A DNA stretch of 63,833 nucleotides, counting the filler, from Bacteroidales bacterium (lineage in GTDB: Bacteria; Bacteroidota; Bacteroidia; Bacteroidales; CAIWKO01): the NCBI GenBank assembly GCA_035389045.1. It is 3 parts of 3 records of this genome, joined end to end, with 100 filler letters (N's around TTAATTAATTAA, not from the genome) between each part and the next. Parts side by side here need not be neighbours in the genome. Positions count along the whole stretch, not along the records: positions 59,501 to 63,833 come from DAOORA010000123.1; 2 more parts are not named here. One strand, given 5' to 3'. The notes under the pieces were generated by a model. That model saw nothing but the letters and a program-made list of their open reading frames with translations, ran no database searches and was not told where the DNA came from. The translations under genes were made by a program, and so were the position numbers. Of this stretch, positions 63,391-63,833 are shown piece by piece; within the stretch, counting starts at the first letter, position 1; each line of letters begins with the position of its first letter.

Positions 63391-63833
63391 TCAATGGACT
63401 AATTTCAATATGAGGCACTGTGATTTGTCCACACCGGTGTATTCGAGTTTAAAGGTATACATGCCTGCCGGAAGGTTGCTTGCTGAGAATGGAACAACGT
63501 ATTTTCCGTTTAGCTGTGTTTCATTTAAAACTTCTGAAACCAGTTCGCCGATAGCGTTATATACATTCAGTTTAACAGTTCCTTTGGCAGGAATGCTGTA
63601 TGTAAGTGTAGTTTCGCCGGAGAACGGGTTGGGATAACCTGCAAATTCAAAACCTGCTTCAGTATTGCTGCCCTGAACAAAAATTTTGGGCATGACCAGA
63701 TAAACATCTTCATTTTCTTCACCGTATTGGTTGCCCATCACGCCGGTGCCGCTGAGTCTGAAGGCAATTTCACCCTGGCCGGGATCGGTAAGCGGACGGA
63801 ACCCAAGCCTGATTATTTCGTCATTGGCAGCCA
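63391..63833 (-). CDS. 3' end of a T9SS-secreted protein, paralog of 58145-59400
   Basis: Frame is open to the window end; shares QYGE.N...YL.MPKIFVQG...GFEFAGYPNPF...AGMYTF.LEY.G...KLVH. Confidence 0.85.
   Translation of the reverse strand, partial: AANDEIIRLGFRPLTDPGQGEIAFRLSGTGVMGNQYGEENEDVYLVMPKIFVQGSNTEAGFEFAGYPNPFSGETTLTYSIPAKGTVKLNVYNAIGELVSEVLNETQLNGKYVVPFSASNLPAGMYTFKLEYTGVDKSQCLILKLVH

Overview
Chromosomal DNA of a Bacteroidota, probably an environmental Bacteroidales-like lineage. This is inferred from several TAnnTTTG promoter boxes, type IX secretion (T9SS) C-terminal domains, a PorV-like protein and Bacteroidota-type fusA2/rpsA/gyrB genes. Two identical 100-bp spacers (44 N + TTAATTAATTAA + 44 N, at 30087-30186 and 59401-59500) look like artificial contig linkers, so adjacency across them is not reliable. 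Most of the window is housekeeping: EF-G2, LptF/G, ispE, greA, queA, ispD, ruvC, gyrB, rpsA, recF and peptidases. The most unusual parts are: (1) a tRNA-Val(GAC) followed by five remodelled tRNA 3'-fragments with short palindromes inserted in the anticodon and T arms, att-like motifs and a duplicated ~280-bp cargo; (2) a dispersed structured repeat with a predicted pseudoknot, found in that cargo and again, inverted, at the window start; (3) a SusD-less TonB receptor + large T9SS cargo + PorV-paralog operon, preceded by LytTR-type direct repeats and a beta-propeller sensor kinase/LytTR pair; (4) T9SS proteins with dockerin-like and cohesin-like modules; (5) a decayed GxxExxY gene flanked by heptamer repeats, and a separate ~40-unit heptamer array. 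All calls come from reading the sequence and ORF track; no searches or folding programs were run.
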